The notes beneath the pieces were generated by a model that saw only the letters and a program-made list of their open reading frames with translations, had not been told where the DNA came from and made no database searches. Source: Zymomonas mobilis subsp. mobilis ATCC 10988 (lineage in GTDB: Bacteria > Pseudomonadota > Alphaproteobacteria > Sphingomonadales > Sphingomonadaceae). From it: a DNA stretch of 32,000 nucleotides. Below, one piece after another: positions 1 to 10,438 of the stretch. Every line of letters begins with the position of its first letter. Position 1 is the stretch's first letter. The stretch is taken from NCBI RefSeq assembly GCF_000175255.2, contig NC_017262.1, forward strand, positions 990,001 to 1,022,000, read 5' to 3'. The translations under genes and the position numbers were made by a program.

Positions 1-2646
1 AGCCGTGTTTCCGGTGTCGGCGATTACACTCTGTTCGGTTTTGAATATGCAATGCGGGTCTGGTTAGATCCAGCAAAGCTCTACAAATATAATTTGACTG
101 TAGCGGATGTCCAATCAGCTATTTCTACCCAGAATATTCAGCTTTCATCCGGTGAATTGGGCGGATTGCCTGCGGTTCAGGGTATTCGTTTGGATGCGAC
201 CATTATTGGCCCGACCCGTTTGACCTCGCCTGAAGAATTTAAAAATATTCTGGTCAAGGCTTTGCCGGATGGCGCCCAAATCAAATTGGGTGACATCGCT
301 AAAGTAGAGTTGGGCGCGCAAAGCTATAACTTTGACGTGCGCTATAATAACCAGCCGGCTTCGGGTATTGCGATCAAATTGGCACCGGGGGCGAACCAGC
401 TTCAAACTGAAAAGTTGATCCGTCAGCGTTTGGCCGATTTGGAACCTTTCTTCCCTCATGGTTTGAAGGTCGAATATCCGGTTGATACCAAGCCATTTGT
501 GACGGCTTCTATCCATGAGGTTATTGAAACCTTGGTGGAAGCTATTGCGCTTGTTTTCTTGGTGATGCTGATCTTCTTGCAGAATTTCCGTGCTACCTTG
601 ATCCCGACGATTGCTGTGCCGGTGGTGTTGTTAGGCACCTTTGGTGTGCTTTCTGTCCTTGGTTTTTCAATCAATACTCTGACGATGTTGGCAATGGTCT
701 TGGCTGTTGGCTTGTTGGTCGATGATGCCATCGTCGTTGTTGAAAATGTCGAACGTTTGATGCGAGATGAAAAGCTGCCCCCGAAAGAGGCAGCGAAGCG
801 CTCGATGGATGAAATTTCTGGTGCTTTGATCGGTATCGTCTTGGTCTTGTCGGCCGTGTTCTTGCCTATGGCGGCCTTTTCAGGGTCAACGGGCGTTATC
901 TATCGCCAATTCTCGATTACGATTGTGGTGGCGATGGGGCTGTCTGTCCTTGTGGCGATGATTATGACGCCAGCCCTTTGCGCAACGATGTTAAAGCCGA
1001 TTGACCATGACCAAGCCGATAAGAAGCCGGGTATCTTTGGTCGCTTGGCTAATGGCTTTAACCGCGCTTTTGACCGATTGAATAATGGTTATTTGGGTGG
1101 TGTGTCTTGGTTGTTAGGACGTTCCGTCAAAGGCGGCATTGCCTTTTTGATCATTGTTTTCGCCGTTGGTTATTTATTCACCCGCTTGCCAACCGGATTT
1201 TTGCCGGATGAAGATCAGGGTGAATTTATTGGTCAGGTGACCTTACCCCCGGGAGCGACCCAAGAACAAACGTCGGAAGCGGTGCGCAAGGTTAATGATT
1301 ATCTTCTGTCCGCAGAGAAAGACAGTGTCATCTCTGTGATGACGGTTAGCGGTTTTAACTTTGGTGGTCAGGGACAAAATGCCGGTTCTTTCTTCGTTCG
1401 TTTGAAACCTTGGGATCAGCGTCCGAAAGCCTCGCAAAGTGCTTCGGCCTTGGCAATGCGGACGATGATGCATTTTTGGGGTGATCCGTCATCGATGACT
1501 TTTGCCTTTAATATGCCTGCTGTCCGCGACTTGGGTAATGCTACCGGTTTTGACCTTGAACTGGAAGATCGCGGTCATATCGGTCATGCAAAATTCCTTG
1601 AAGCCCGTAACATGTTATTGGCTTTGGCCTCGAAAGATCCCCGCTTAAGTGGTGTCCGTCCGAATGGTATGGAAGATGCCCCTCAATATCATTTGACCGT
1701 TGATTACGGCAAAGCTGTTATGATGGGATTGACCCCAAATGATGTGAATGTGGCCTTGCAGGGGTCTTTGGGGTCGATTTACGTCAATCAGTTTATGCGG
1801 GATGACCGTGTGAAGCAGGTCTATTTAATGGGGGCACCGGAAGCGCGTATGCTGCCTTCCGATTTTTCCAAATGGTATCTGCGGAATAATGTCGGCACGA
1901 TGGTTCCCTTTAGCGCCTTTATGACAGGAACATGGCAAACGGGCCCTCAGAAAGTCGAAAATTATAACGGCTATAATTCTTTCGAAATTATGGGTGCGCC
2001 TGCACCGGGACATAGTTCGGGTGAAGCCATTCAGGCGATGACCGAGATCGTTCATAAATTGCCAGCTGGTGTTGGGCATGAATGGACAGGGTTATCCTTT
2101 GAGGAGCAGGCGGCTGGTTCGTCCACCATGTCTCTTTATGCGATTTCCGCGATTGTGGTTCTGTTCTGTCTTGCCGCACTTTATGAAAGCTGGGCCGTGC
2201 CGTTATCGGTTATTTTGGTTCTGCCTTTGGGTGTCTTGGGTGCCGTTGTAGCAACCTTGATGCGTGGATTGTCGAATGACGTCTATTTCCAGATCGGTTT
2301 GCTGACGACCGTTGGTTTGACGGTTAAAAACGCTATTTTGATTGTCGAATTTGCAAAAGCCTTTTTCGATAATGGCGTGCCACTTTTGCAGTCGGTGGTT
2401 CAAGCAGGCCGTGAGCGGTTACGGCCTATTTTGATGACCTCTATTGCTTTTGTGTTGGGGGTTATTCCATTGAGCATCGCAACAGGGGCTTCTTCGGCAG
2501 CACGTATCGCTATCGGAACGGCTGTTGTCGGCGGGATGGTGACGGCTACCTTGTTGACGATTTTCTTTGTGCCTCTTTTCTTTGTGGTGGTTTTGAAGCT
2601 GTTTCGGGTGAAACCGAACAAGCTGAATGCGGAGGAAGCAGCCTGA
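1..2646 (+). CDS. RND efflux transporter, AcrB/HAE1 family permease, 3' part (gene starts upstream of the window)
   Basis: The frame is open from base 1 (SRVSGVGDYTLFGFEYAMRVW..., the AcrB-type porter motif) to TGA at 2644-2646. It has the TM4-like motif GLLVDDAIVVVENVER, the RND repeat GFLPDEDQG, and a hydrophobic C-terminus ending GGMVTATLLTIFFVPLFFVVV. The ATG at 52 is internal. Confidence 0.95.
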   Translation, partial: SRVSGVGDYTLFGFEYAMRVWLDPAKLYKYNLTVADVQSAISTQNIQLSSGELGGLPAVQGIRLDATIIGPTRLTSPEEFKNILVKALPDGAQIKLGDIAKVELGAQSYNFDVRYNNQPASGIAIKLAPGANQLQTEKLIRQRLADLEPFFPHGLKVEYPVDTKPFVTASIHEVIETLVEAIALVFLVMLIFLQNFRATLIPTIAVPVVLLGTFGVLSVLGFSINTLTMLAMVLAVGLLVDDAIVVVENVERLMRDEKLPPKEAAKRSMDEISGALIGIVLVLSAVFLPMAAFSGSTGVIYRQFSITIVVAMGLSVLVAMIMTPALCATMLKPIDHDQADKKPGIFGRLANGFNRAFDRLNNGYLGGVSWLLGRSVKGGIAFLIIVFAVGYLFTRLPTGFLPDEDQGEFIGQVTLPPGATQEQTSEAVRKVNDYLLSAEKDSVISVMTVSGFNFGGQGQNAGSFFVRLKPWDQRPKASQSASALAMRTMMHFWGDPSSMTFAFNMPAVRDLGNATGFDLELEDRGHIGHAKFLEARNMLLALASKDPRLSGVRPNGMEDAPQYHLTVDYGKAVMMGLTPNDVNVALQGSLGSIYVNQFMRDDRVKQVYLMGAPEARMLPSDFSKWYLRNNVGTMVPFSAFMTGTWQTGPQKVENYNGYNSFEIMGAPAPGHSSGEAIQAMTEIVHKLPAGVGHEWTGLSFEEQAAGSSTMSLYAISAIVVLFCLAALYESWAVPLSVILVLPLGVLGAVVATLMRGLSNDVYFQIGLLTTVGLTVKNAILIVEFAKAFFDNGVPLLQSVVQAGRERLRPILMTSIAFVLGVIPLSIATGASSAARIAIGTAVVGGMVTATLLTIFFVPLFFVVVLKLFRVKPNKLNAEEAA

Positions 2647-4184
2647 TGACTTTATTTTCGGCTTCTTCGGCTCTGATTAAGCGGAGTAAAAAAGGATGGC
2701 GTTATCCTGTAACGCTATTCTTATCGACCAATATTCTGTTGGCTGGATGCACGATGGCACCGAAATATCATCGTCCGGCAGCGTCTGTGGCACCGCAATG
2801 GCCGAAATCGGCGGCATTGCCTGCCGCTGATAACACTTCAATGAAGCCCCATCCTATGGCAGCCGATTTGGGGTGGCAGGATTTTTTCAAAGATGCGCGT
2901 CTGAAAGCCCTGATTACAATTGCGATCCGCGAAAACCGCGATTTGCGGTCAGCTATTCAGGCAATCGGTGAAGCGCAAGCCAGATATCGAGTGCAACGCG
3001 CGTCTTTATTGCCCGCAATCGGTGGCACTGGCGAAGTGATGTATCAACAGCCTTCGGGTAAATCCGGTTTGAGTTTTGCCCCAGGTGTCGGTGAAGATAT
3101 TCCGCGTTTCCATTATTATTCGATGGGTATCGGTTTTTCTTCTTATGAAATTGATATTTTTGGCCGCATCCGCAGTTTAAGCAAGGAGGCGGCTGAAAGA
3201 GCCTTGATGCAGGAAGAGACTGCTAGAGGCACCTTGATCACGCTGATTTCGCAGGTGGCAAATAGCTATATTGCTTGGTTGGCAGATCGAGAAACTTTGA
3301 ATCTTGCCGAAGAAAGCTATCAGGCTGCCAAGCGGAATTTGGATTTGACGCAGGCTTTGCTTGATCATGGTGAGGCGAGCCTTTTGACGGTCAATCAAGC
3401 AGAAACCTTGTTCCAGCAAAAAGCAGATTTGCGGGAGCAGGCAAAGCGTCAGATGGCATGGGAAGAAAATAATCTTGTCTTGCTGATCGGGCAGCCTTTG
3501 CCCGATAATTTGCCGCCGCCTTTGCCCTTTGGTGAGCAAAATATCATCGAAGATTTATCGCCCGGTTTGCCTTCCGACCTTTTGGAAAACCGGCCTGATA
3601 TTCGAGCAGCAGAACATGATTTAAAGGCCGCTAATGCGGATATTGGGGCAGCGAGAGCGGCTTTTTTCCCAAGGTTGTCTTTGACCTCTTCGGTTGGTAA
3701 CTCAAGCCTTAAGCCTTCCCAGATTTTCACTACAGCGGCGAATACATGGGGATTCCAACCGGAATTGACCGTGCCTATTTTTAACTGGGGGCAAAATCGC
3801 GCCAATTTGAGAATTTCCAAGGCCGAGCGCGATATGAAGATCACGGCCTATCAAAAAGCAATCCAAAGTGCTTTTCGTGATGTGTCGAATGCTTTAGTCG
3901 GACGCGATACTTATCGTCGTGAGGAAGTCGCCTTGACTCAAGCGGCGGCGAAGGCTGAAAATAACTGGAATTTAGCGCGTTTGCGTCAGACTCAAGGCAG
4001 TGATTCCGCCATCACTATGCTTAATTACGAGCAGACTTATTACCAAGCGGAATATCAGGCGATACAGAATAGGGTTGCGCGTTATCAAAATTTGGTGACG
4101 CTCTATTCCGCTTTGGGCGGTGGGGTGAAAGAAAAAGCGGTATCTTTGGATAAAACTGATAAAGCCACCCATTCTGCCCATTGA
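2646..4184 (+). CDS. Outer membrane efflux protein, NodT/OprM family lipoprotein
   Basis: 512 aa ORF with lipobox-like LLAGC near the N-terminus. Typical OMF motifs are present (DLGWQDFFKDARLKALI, LPSDLLENRPDIRAAEHDLKAANADIGAARAAFFPRLSLT). Its start overlaps the stop of the upstream RND gene (TGATG). Confidence 0.93.
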   Translation: MTLFSASSALIKRSKKGWRYPVTLFLSTNILLAGCTMAPKYHRPAASVAPQWPKSAALPAADNTSMKPHPMAADLGWQDFFKDARLKALITIAIRENRDLRSAIQAIGEAQARYRVQRASLLPAIGGTGEVMYQQPSGKSGLSFAPGVGEDIPRFHYYSMGIGFSSYEIDIFGRIRSLSKEAAERALMQEETARGTLITLISQVANSYIAWLADRETLNLAEESYQAAKRNLDLTQALLDHGEASLLTVNQAETLFQQKADLREQAKRQMAWEENNLVLLIGQPLPDNLPPPLPFGEQNIIEDLSPGLPSDLLENRPDIRAAEHDLKAANADIGAARAAFFPRLSLTSSVGNSSLKPSQIFTTAANTWGFQPELTVPIFNWGQNRANLRISKAERDMKITAYQKAIQSAFRDVSNALVGRDTYRREEVALTQAAAKAENNWNLARLRQTQGSDSAITMLNYEQTYYQAEYQAIQNRVARYQNLVTLYSALGGGVKEKAVSLDKTDKATHSAH

Positions 4185-4193
4185 TAATTATCA

Positions 4194-4222
4194 TTCAGGA
4201 TCAGCCCCTGGCTGATCCTGAA
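4194..4222. terminator. Perfect 13-bp inverted repeat between convergent genes, likely a bidirectional terminator
   Basis: TTCAGGATCAGCC-CCT-GGCTGATCCTGAA, followed on the + strand by agtgttttct. It lies between the stops at 4184 (+) and 4231 (-). Confidence 0.75.
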
Positions 4223-4230
4223 AGTGTTTT

Positions 4231-5004
4231 CTATTCCAGTTCAAAAACAGCTTTGATTGTTACCGAGACGGTTTGCTGTCCCGAAATAACGGGCGTTGCT
4301 GGAGCGGCATCGGCTGAACGGGTGCTGACAGCCAGCATCATTGGGCGGATACCTGAGGGAGTGTCTTGCTGCCCTTCTGAAATAAGCACAATCCGTTTAA
4401 CTCGCATACCAAGCGAGCGGGCATAGAGATCCGCTCGGCTTTTTGCAGCGGCAATAGCTTTCACTCTCGCCTGATCCTGTGCTTGATCGGAATTGGACAG
4501 CGAGAAGTTGGGCCCTTCGAGGTCTTCAACATTGGCCTGCACCATTTTGTCGACAATCGCCCCAATTCGATTCAAATCTCGGATGCGAATTTGTATCGAA
4601 CTACGTGCCTGATAGCCGATACGCTGAGGCGGCTTGTTTTGGTCGTAACGATAGCGTGGGCTTATATTGATGTTCCGCGTTTCAATATCGTCATTGCTAA
4701 GGCCGCTTTCACGAAGGCTAGCCAGCAAATTCGTCATTTTTTTAGCATTTTCAGCGGTTGCCGTTGCTGCGGTCGCGCTGTCGGCACTGGTCATCGCGGT
4801 GATTGTTGCCAGATCGGGCGTGGCCTTTACTTCACCTGTTGTAGAAATAACCAACTTCGTACCGGATAGCTGTGTATTGGCTTCGATATCCGACGGGTGG
4901 GCTGCCTGTAAGGATATGGCAGGGATAGCTGCCAGCAAGCCACCGAGAGCGATTGTTTTCAAGGAGACCGAAGGTATTTTCCAAAGAGATTTTAATTTTG
5001 ACAT
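4231..5004 (-). CDS. SIMPL domain (DUF541 family) exported protein
   Basis: ORF 4231..5031. The likely start is the internal Met of MSKLKSLWKIPSVSLKTIALGGLLAAIPAISLQAA, a signal-peptide-like N-terminus. The body (ISTTGEVKATPDLATI..., VSISVTIKAVFELE-like end) is typical of SIMPL proteins. Confidence 0.85.
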   Translation of the reverse strand: MSKLKSLWKIPSVSLKTIALGGLLAAIPAISLQAAHPSDIEANTQLSGTKLVISTTGEVKATPDLATITAMTSADSATAATATAENAKKMTNLLASLRESGLSNDDIETRNINISPRYRYDQNKPPQRIGYQARSSIQIRIRDLNRIGAIVDKMVQANVEDLEGPNFSLSNSDQAQDQARVKAIAAAKSRADLYARSLGMRVKRIVLISEGQQDTPSGIRPMMLAVSTRSADAAPATPVISGQQTVSVTIKAVFELE

Positions 5005-5354
5005 TCTATTGGCCTGATAGTGAAATAACATAAATAAAAAACGCCATTTGTGATGAAAGGTTTCACTATACAGTAAATAATTTTCTTTATCCTGTGTCTA
5101 TATTGCGCCCATTCTTGTTAAGAAATGGGGACAAGAAAATTTATTTTGATTATTTATATTAAAATTTTGTTCATTTTTATTTCTCTATTGGTGGCTTGAA
5201 GAGCCTTTTTAGCCTTTTGTGAAATGGAGCCTTTCTTCAGCTATATTACTTTGCCTTTTTTTGGCTAAAGGAAAATATATTTTTATCGACAAATACTTTT
5301 GCTAAAAGCCTTATTGGTTACAGCGCAGCTCCAAAAAACAGGAAGTGGGGGACG

Positions 5355-6503
5355 ATGACACATGACCACGATCAAAACAGCGAAGCCGACCATTTTGGCT
5401 TAACGGCGGAAGAACTCGCCCAAGCAAAAAGGCATCGTCTGGTCATTATTATTCTAGGCATATTGGCGACAGCTTTATTGATTATCTTTATTGCTTGGCG
5501 CGCCAAAGTGACGGCTCCGGTGCGGATTATTGCCGAACCTGTTCATGTATCGACGGTAGCACCGGTTCAACGATCTGTAACGGGAATGGTTTCAGCCGAA
5601 GGTCATTTGGCACCAGCAAGAGAGGTGGTTGTTAACGCCCCAAATATTGATGGCAAAATTGTAAAAGTCCTTGTCGCTGTAGGAGATAAAGTTCAGGCCG
5701 GTCAGCCTTTGGCTTTGGTTGGGCATAGTTCTTCTGACCAGAATAATTTTGAGCAATTGGCCTTGGCTGAATCCCAGCAAGCGGATATGACTATTGCCGA
5801 AAGTGAATATAAGCGAGCTGAAGCGGCTGGGGATACGACCTTGGCTGAAATTTTGAAAAAAGATTATGATGCTGCGGCCAGACATCTCCGCCATAAAAGC
5901 GGGAAAAAAGCCCGTCAAAAAGCCGTAACTCTTAACCCTATAACGGCACCTGTCAGTGGTTTGGTTTTATCCTGCACGGCTGAAAAGGGGATGGCTGTTA
6001 TTTCCAATTCTACCGAGCTATTCCGTATTGCGGAAAAAGGTGAAATCGAAATGCAGGCAAATGTTGCTGAAAAAGACCTGCCCAGTATTTCGGTTGGAGC
6101 CTCGGCGGATGTGAAAATTGCCGGATCAGATAATAATTTTTCGGGTCGGATAGCCTCGATTTCGCCGGTGGTTGATAATGTAACCCATTCGGCAACGGTG
6201 CATATTCTGTTGGATGATAACCCAGCGTTGAAAGCGGGTGTATCCGCAGAAGCCCATATTCATACGATGCCTGTTCAGGCACTGCTTTTACCGGAATCCG
6301 CCATTATGAGTGATGATACCGGTCATTATGTTTATAGTCTGGATGATGGCAATGCGATTGCCCGTCATCAAGTGACTTTGGGGCAGAAAACATCAGATGG
6401 ACAGTGGGAAGTCTTATCCGGTTTACAAAAACAGGATAATATTGTGGCTTCATCGGGTTCAATGGTCAGCCCCGGTGATCGGGTTATTGTTGATAAGAAG
6501 TAG
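5355..6503 (+). CDS. HlyD-family/RND periplasmic adaptor subunit
   Basis: 382 aa with an N-terminal TM segment, a biotinyl-lipoyl-like hairpin domain (VVNAPNIDGKIVKVLVAVGDKVQAGQPLALVG) and a beta-barrel region. RBS-like ggaagtgggggac precedes the ATG. Confidence 0.88.
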   Translation: MTHDHDQNSEADHFGLTAEELAQAKRHRLVIIILGILATALLIIFIAWRAKVTAPVRIIAEPVHVSTVAPVQRSVTGMVSAEGHLAPAREVVVNAPNIDGKIVKVLVAVGDKVQAGQPLALVGHSSSDQNNFEQLALAESQQADMTIAESEYKRAEAAGDTTLAEILKKDYDAAARHLRHKSGKKARQKAVTLNPITAPVSGLVLSCTAEKGMAVISNSTELFRIAEKGEIEMQANVAEKDLPSISVGASADVKIAGSDNNFSGRIASISPVVDNVTHSATVHILLDDNPALKAGVSAEAHIHTMPVQALLLPESAIMSDDTGHYVYSLDDGNAIARHQVTLGQKTSDGQWEVLSGLQKQDNIVASSGSMVSPGDRVIVDKK

Positions 6504-6530
6504 TTTCTCCGTCTGAAAAAAGCGTTTTAG

Positions 6531-6565
6531 AAGCCGTCCGTTCTTTTGATCGGGCGGCTTTTTCG
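6531..6565 (+). terminator. Rho-independent terminator after the HlyD-like gene
   Basis: AAGCCGTCCG-ttcttttgat-CGGGCGGCTT followed by TTT; 10-bp stem with one G-T pair. Confidence 0.8.
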
Positions 6566-6631
6566 CAAAATGGTTCTTTTGATGGGATGATCTTTTCTAG
6601 CAAATAATCCGATGATGCCCATATATCGGCT

Positions 6632-7888
6632 ATGTTCAAAGCTATGACACATCGGATAACCGTTAAAACAGCCGCGACTTTACTGCTGTTTTTGATGGTG
6701 GCTCTGTTTCTAATCGGGCGGGAATTAAACCATTTTTTTCCCCATCATTGGGCTTGGGGATTTTTAATCGCCTTTTCTGAAGCGGCTATGGTCGGTGGTC
6801 TGGCTGACTGGTTCGCGGTGACGGCTTTGTTTCGGCATCCTTTAGGGTTACCTTTTCCTCATACTGCGCTGATCCCCCATGCGAAGGATCGTATTGCGGT
6901 TAATCTCGCCGATTTTATCGAAACCCATTTTCTGCAGTCGATTGTTTTAGCGCGCCGTCTAAAACCTGTGGATGCTGGTCTTTTTCTGCTCCGTTTGACG
7001 GATAATAAGATAACCGCAGATCAGGCCTTGAGACACAGGTTACGGCGCTTTTGGCCTCAATTATGGCAGCATATTGATTATCCGGCGGTCAGCGATGAAA
7101 TAGCGAACAGTCTTTTGGGCATGGTCAGAAAATCTGATCCTACGCTTGCCCTGGGTGATGTTTTTAAAGACGCTTTGGAAAAGAAAAAGCAGGTTGCTCT
7201 TATTACATCTGTTTTGCAGGCTTTTGCGAATTGGTTGGCGCATCATGAAGATATGATCCGCGATATGGTGAGCGAGCGTTCCGGTAGCTTTTTAAGATGG
7301 ACGGGATTGGATCATCATTTGGCAGACAGCATTTATGATGCGGTTAATCGTTTGGTGAATGAAATGATGGTTGCGCCAGATCATCCGTTACGTTTGCGCT
7401 TTGATAAGACTTTATGGAATTGGGCTGAAAAATTAGGGCATGATCCGGCCTTTCAAAAACGTTTTAACCGTATCAAAAATGCGCTTTTGGATAATCCGGC
7501 TGCCCGTCTACAATTGCAGTCCAAGATCGAAAACGGGTTACAGGGATTTCTCTTAAAGAGCGATGCTACAGAGATTTTGCCTGTCTCTTCTAACCGTCGT
7601 TTTCCTGTTTTATGGGCGGAATGGGGACAGGCGGTTACCGAGGATCGCCAGACTAAGGCGGCTCTTAACCGTTTGTTCCGGCGTATTATTATCGGTGTGA
7701 TTGTACCGCATAGCCATCAGATTACTCGATTGATTACGGATACTGTTGAAAAATGGGATGGTGATGAGGTCGCCGGACGGATTGAAAAAGCGGTAGGGGG
7801 TGAGCTTCATTATATCCGTTTATCCGGCACCTTTGTCGGCGGCGCGATTGGGTTGCTATTACATGCCGCCAGTTTGATTATAGGCTGA
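6632..7888 (+). CDS. DUF445 family membrane protein
   Basis: 418 aa; N-terminal TM followed by [47 protein letters not shown], the DUF445 signature; C-terminal TM anchor ([19 protein letters not shown]). Confidence 0.88.
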   Translation: MFKAMTHRITVKTAATLLLFLMVALFLIGRELNHFFPHHWAWGFLIAFSEAAMVGGLADWFAVTALFRHPLGLPFPHTALIPHAKDRIAVNLADFIETHFLQSIVLARRLKPVDAGLFLLRLTDNKITADQALRHRLRRFWPQLWQHIDYPAVSDEIANSLLGMVRKSDPTLALGDVFKDALEKKKQVALITSVLQAFANWLAHHEDMIRDMVSERSGSFLRWTGLDHHLADSIYDAVNRLVNEMMVAPDHPLRLRFDKTLWNWAEKLGHDPAFQKRFNRIKNALLDNPAARLQLQSKIENGLQGFLLKSDATEILPVSSNRRFPVLWAEWGQAVTEDRQTKAALNRLFRRIIIGVIVPHSHQITRLITDTVEKWDGDEVAGRIEKAVGGELHYIRLSGTFVGGAIGLLLHAASLIIG

Positions 7889-8762
7889 TTTCCCGTTTTT
7901 TTGACGTGATGATGAGCAAGAGACCAGCAATAACCATCGGAATGGTGAGTGTTTGTCCCATGGTTAGTCCCCAAGATAAGGTGCCTAGCTGGACATCGGG
8001 TTCTCTGAACCATTCAACAATAAAGCGGGATAACCCGTAACCAACCAGAAAAAATCCAGCGAGTTTTCCCGGATGTAGGCGGGCTTTTGTGGCAAAAAAT
8101 TGGTAATTTAGAAAAGCGAAAAGCAAAATACCTTCTAATCCTGCCTCGTAAAGTTGGCTGGGATGGCGGGGCAGCGCGCCGGCTTGGGGAAAAATAACCG
8201 CCCAAGGCATTGTGCTGGGTCGTCCCCATAATTCCCCATTGACGAAATTAGCCAGCCGACCAAGGAAAAGACCGATGGGGGCTGCGCAGCCGATATAATC
8301 AGCTATTCTAAGCCAGCTGAGGTGGTTTGTGGTTTTGACCCACCAGATTGCCAGAAAAACGCCTATCATACCGCCATGATAGGACATACCGCCTTCCCAT
8401 AATTTGAAAATTTCCAGAGGATTTTCGAGAATGGCGGGTTGATAAAAAAGGACATAGGCGAGCCTGCCGCCGACAAGTATGCCCAAGGTTGACCAGAAAA
8501 CCAGATCATCCGTTTGTTCCGGTTTCATGGGTGCACCGGGCTGTTTTAAAAGGAATAGCACATAACGCCATGCCAAAAGAATGCCGGTGATATAGGCCAG
8601 AGCATACCAGTGGATCAGGGGATGAAGGGTTAATCCAAAAAGATGCCATACCCCGAAATCAAAAGCGATCGGAGATAAACCCAAGGCATCAAAATGGATA
8701 ACGCTTTTCATCTGTTCGATAAAAGCGAATGGCACAGAAAATCCTTTCAAGGCTAACAGCAA
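7878..8762 (-). CDS. lgt: Prolipoprotein diacylglyceryl transferase
   Basis: Lgt motifs: [51 protein letters not shown]. Overlaps the DUF445 3' end by 11 bp (convergent). Confidence 0.97.
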   Translation of the reverse strand: MLLALKGFSVPFAFIEQMKSVIHFDALGLSPIAFDFGVWHLFGLTLHPLIHWYALAYITGILLAWRYVLFLLKQPGAPMKPEQTDDLVFWSTLGILVGGRLAYVLFYQPAILENPLEIFKLWEGGMSYHGGMIGVFLAIWWVKTTNHLSWLRIADYIGCAAPIGLFLGRLANFVNGELWGRPSTMPWAVIFPQAGALPRHPSQLYEAGLEGILLFAFLNYQFFATKARLHPGKLAGFFLVGYGLSRFIVEWFREPDVQLGTLSWGLTMGQTLTIPMVIAGLLLIITSKKREISL

Positions 8763-8995
8763 GATATCCGCTGAAATGATAAATAATAGATGGCCGGAAA
8801 GTCGATTTTTAAAGGGAATTTAGCCATTGTAACCGATTTATCGCGGATAAATGAGTGATTTTATAGTTGCCATATAAAGCGCGACTGAAAAAGACAAAGA
8901 AAAATCGGCATTCTGTTTTTGTTATATCTATTGAATACAAAAAATCCGGCCTTTTTGAGAAAGACCGGATTTTATAAAAAATGGATTATGCTGAA

Positions 8996-10438
8996 TTAGG
9001 CGGAGGCTTTTTTACTGGGTAAGAAGCTGCCATCTTTCAGACTGGATTCGATTTCTTCCAAACTGCGGCCTTTAGTTTCCGGCACCATGAAATAGACGAA
9101 AACAAAACCCAAAGCATTCAGACCGCCATAGAACCACATGGAACCACCGATACCCAATAAGCTGGTCATCGTTAACGCAGTTGACGTTAAAATGAGGTTG
9201 GAACCCCACAAAGTCGCAGCGTGAAGGCTGGTGGCACGAGCGCGAATACAGAGCGGATAGACTTCTGAACCAATAAGCCAGCCGATAACCTGAATACCAC
9301 CTGCATTGAAAACCATAAAGGCAAACAGACAGGCAAGAATAAGCCAGCGATGTTCCGAAGCACCCCCCGGCAGGTTAAAGGCAATACCCAATGCAAAAAG
9401 GCTGAGAGCGGCCAGCGGCATCATGCATAAAGCTAATTTACGACGACCGACATGATCGACCAACAATTTCCCGATGGTTGTCATGATGACATAAATAAGG
9501 GCGACACCCAAAGCCGAATAATAGGCCATTTTTTCAGTGAAGCCGGAATCCCGCAAGAAGGTCGGGGTATAATAGATCATCATTTCAATGCCGGAAAGCT
9601 GGGTAAAAGCAGCGACGCCTAGACCTGCGATCAGGGCAGGGCGCACCCAAGGCTGTGCCAAGGCTTTCCAGCCATCTTGAGCTGCTTCCTTCGTCCGGTT
9701 GCTGATTTTCTTGATAGAGCGAAGTTCTTTGGTGACTTCGTGATCTGTTTCGCGGACGGTATCTAGCATATCACGCGCTTCTTCAACGCGTTCCTGCCGC
9801 ACCAACCAGCGGGGACTTTCGGGAAGCATCATCATTGAGCAGAATAAGACAGCCGCCGGAATAGCCGCGACGCTGAACATTGTCCGCCATGTCCATTCTT
9901 CTTGAAGGAAAGCGCCGACAATACCCGCCGCCAGAATACCAAGACCAATCGAAATATTATAGAAGGTTACCATGCGACCACGTTGGTCAGCTGGTGCCAA
10001 TTCGGCGATATAGACAGGCACAATTTGTGATGATCCGCCAACGGCAAAGCCGAGAACCAAGCGGGCTGCACCTAACCAGAAAGCCGTGGGGGCGTAGCCT
10101 GCGGCAATCACACTGAAACCGAAAATAGCGGTCACAATCATAATCATATGACGGCGGCCAACAAAAGCAGACAGTCGACCACAGACCAGAGAGCCGATCA
10201 CGGCACCAAATAAGAGAATACTAGTAATAATTTCTTGTTGATGGGCATCCAGTTTGAAGTCATGCGCAATATTCATCAATGCGCCTGAAATAATACCCGT
10301 GTCATACCCATAAAGAAATCCAGCAATAGCCGTTACCAGAACGGTACCGAGCAAATATAATTGTGAACCAATAAAATCTGATACGGTATTTCGAACGTTA
10401 GTTTGGGTATCATTTTCTATTTCTGAATTGTTATTCAT
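8996..10438 (-). CDS. Sugar porter family MFS transporter
   Basis: 480 aa, 12-TM pattern with sugar-porter motifs GRR, PESPRWLVRQERVEEAR, RGRMVTFYN, VDHVGRRKL and MVPETKGRSLEEIE. Confidence 0.93.
   Translation of the reverse strand: MNNNSEIENDTQTNVRNTVSDFIGSQLYLLGTVLVTAIAGFLYGYDTGIISGALMNIAHDFKLDAHQQEIITSILLFGAVIGSLVCGRLSAFVGRRHMIMIVTAIFGFSVIAAGYAPTAFWLGAARLVLGFAVGGSSQIVPVYIAELAPADQRGRMVTFYNISIGLGILAAGIVGAFLQEEWTWRTMFSVAAIPAAVLFCSMMMLPESPRWLVRQERVEEARDMLDTVRETDHEVTKELRSIKKISNRTKEAAQDGWKALAQPWVRPALIAGLGVAAFTQLSGIEMMIYYTPTFLRDSGFTEKMAYYSALGVALIYVIMTTIGKLLVDHVGRRKLALCMMPLAALSLFALGIAFNLPGGASEHRWLILACLFAFMVFNAGGIQVIGWLIGSEVYPLCIRARATSLHAATLWGSNLILTSTALTMTSLLGIGGSMWFYGGLNALGFVFVYFMVPETKGRSLEEIESSLKDGSFLPSKKASA

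Noticed and set aside
145-3539. Many antisense or shifted ORFs of 60-130 aa inside the RND and OMF genes (for example 145..516 -, 1825..2079 -, 3177..3539 -).
   Set aside because: They lie fully inside strongly supported coding genes, lack recognisable domains or clear RBSs, and are expected from the codon bias of the opposite strand.
8996-10438. Whether the sugar porter is the known Zymomonas glucose facilitator Glf.
   Set aside because: The sequence differs clearly from the Glf N-terminus and motifs I remember, so only a general sugar-porter call is justified.
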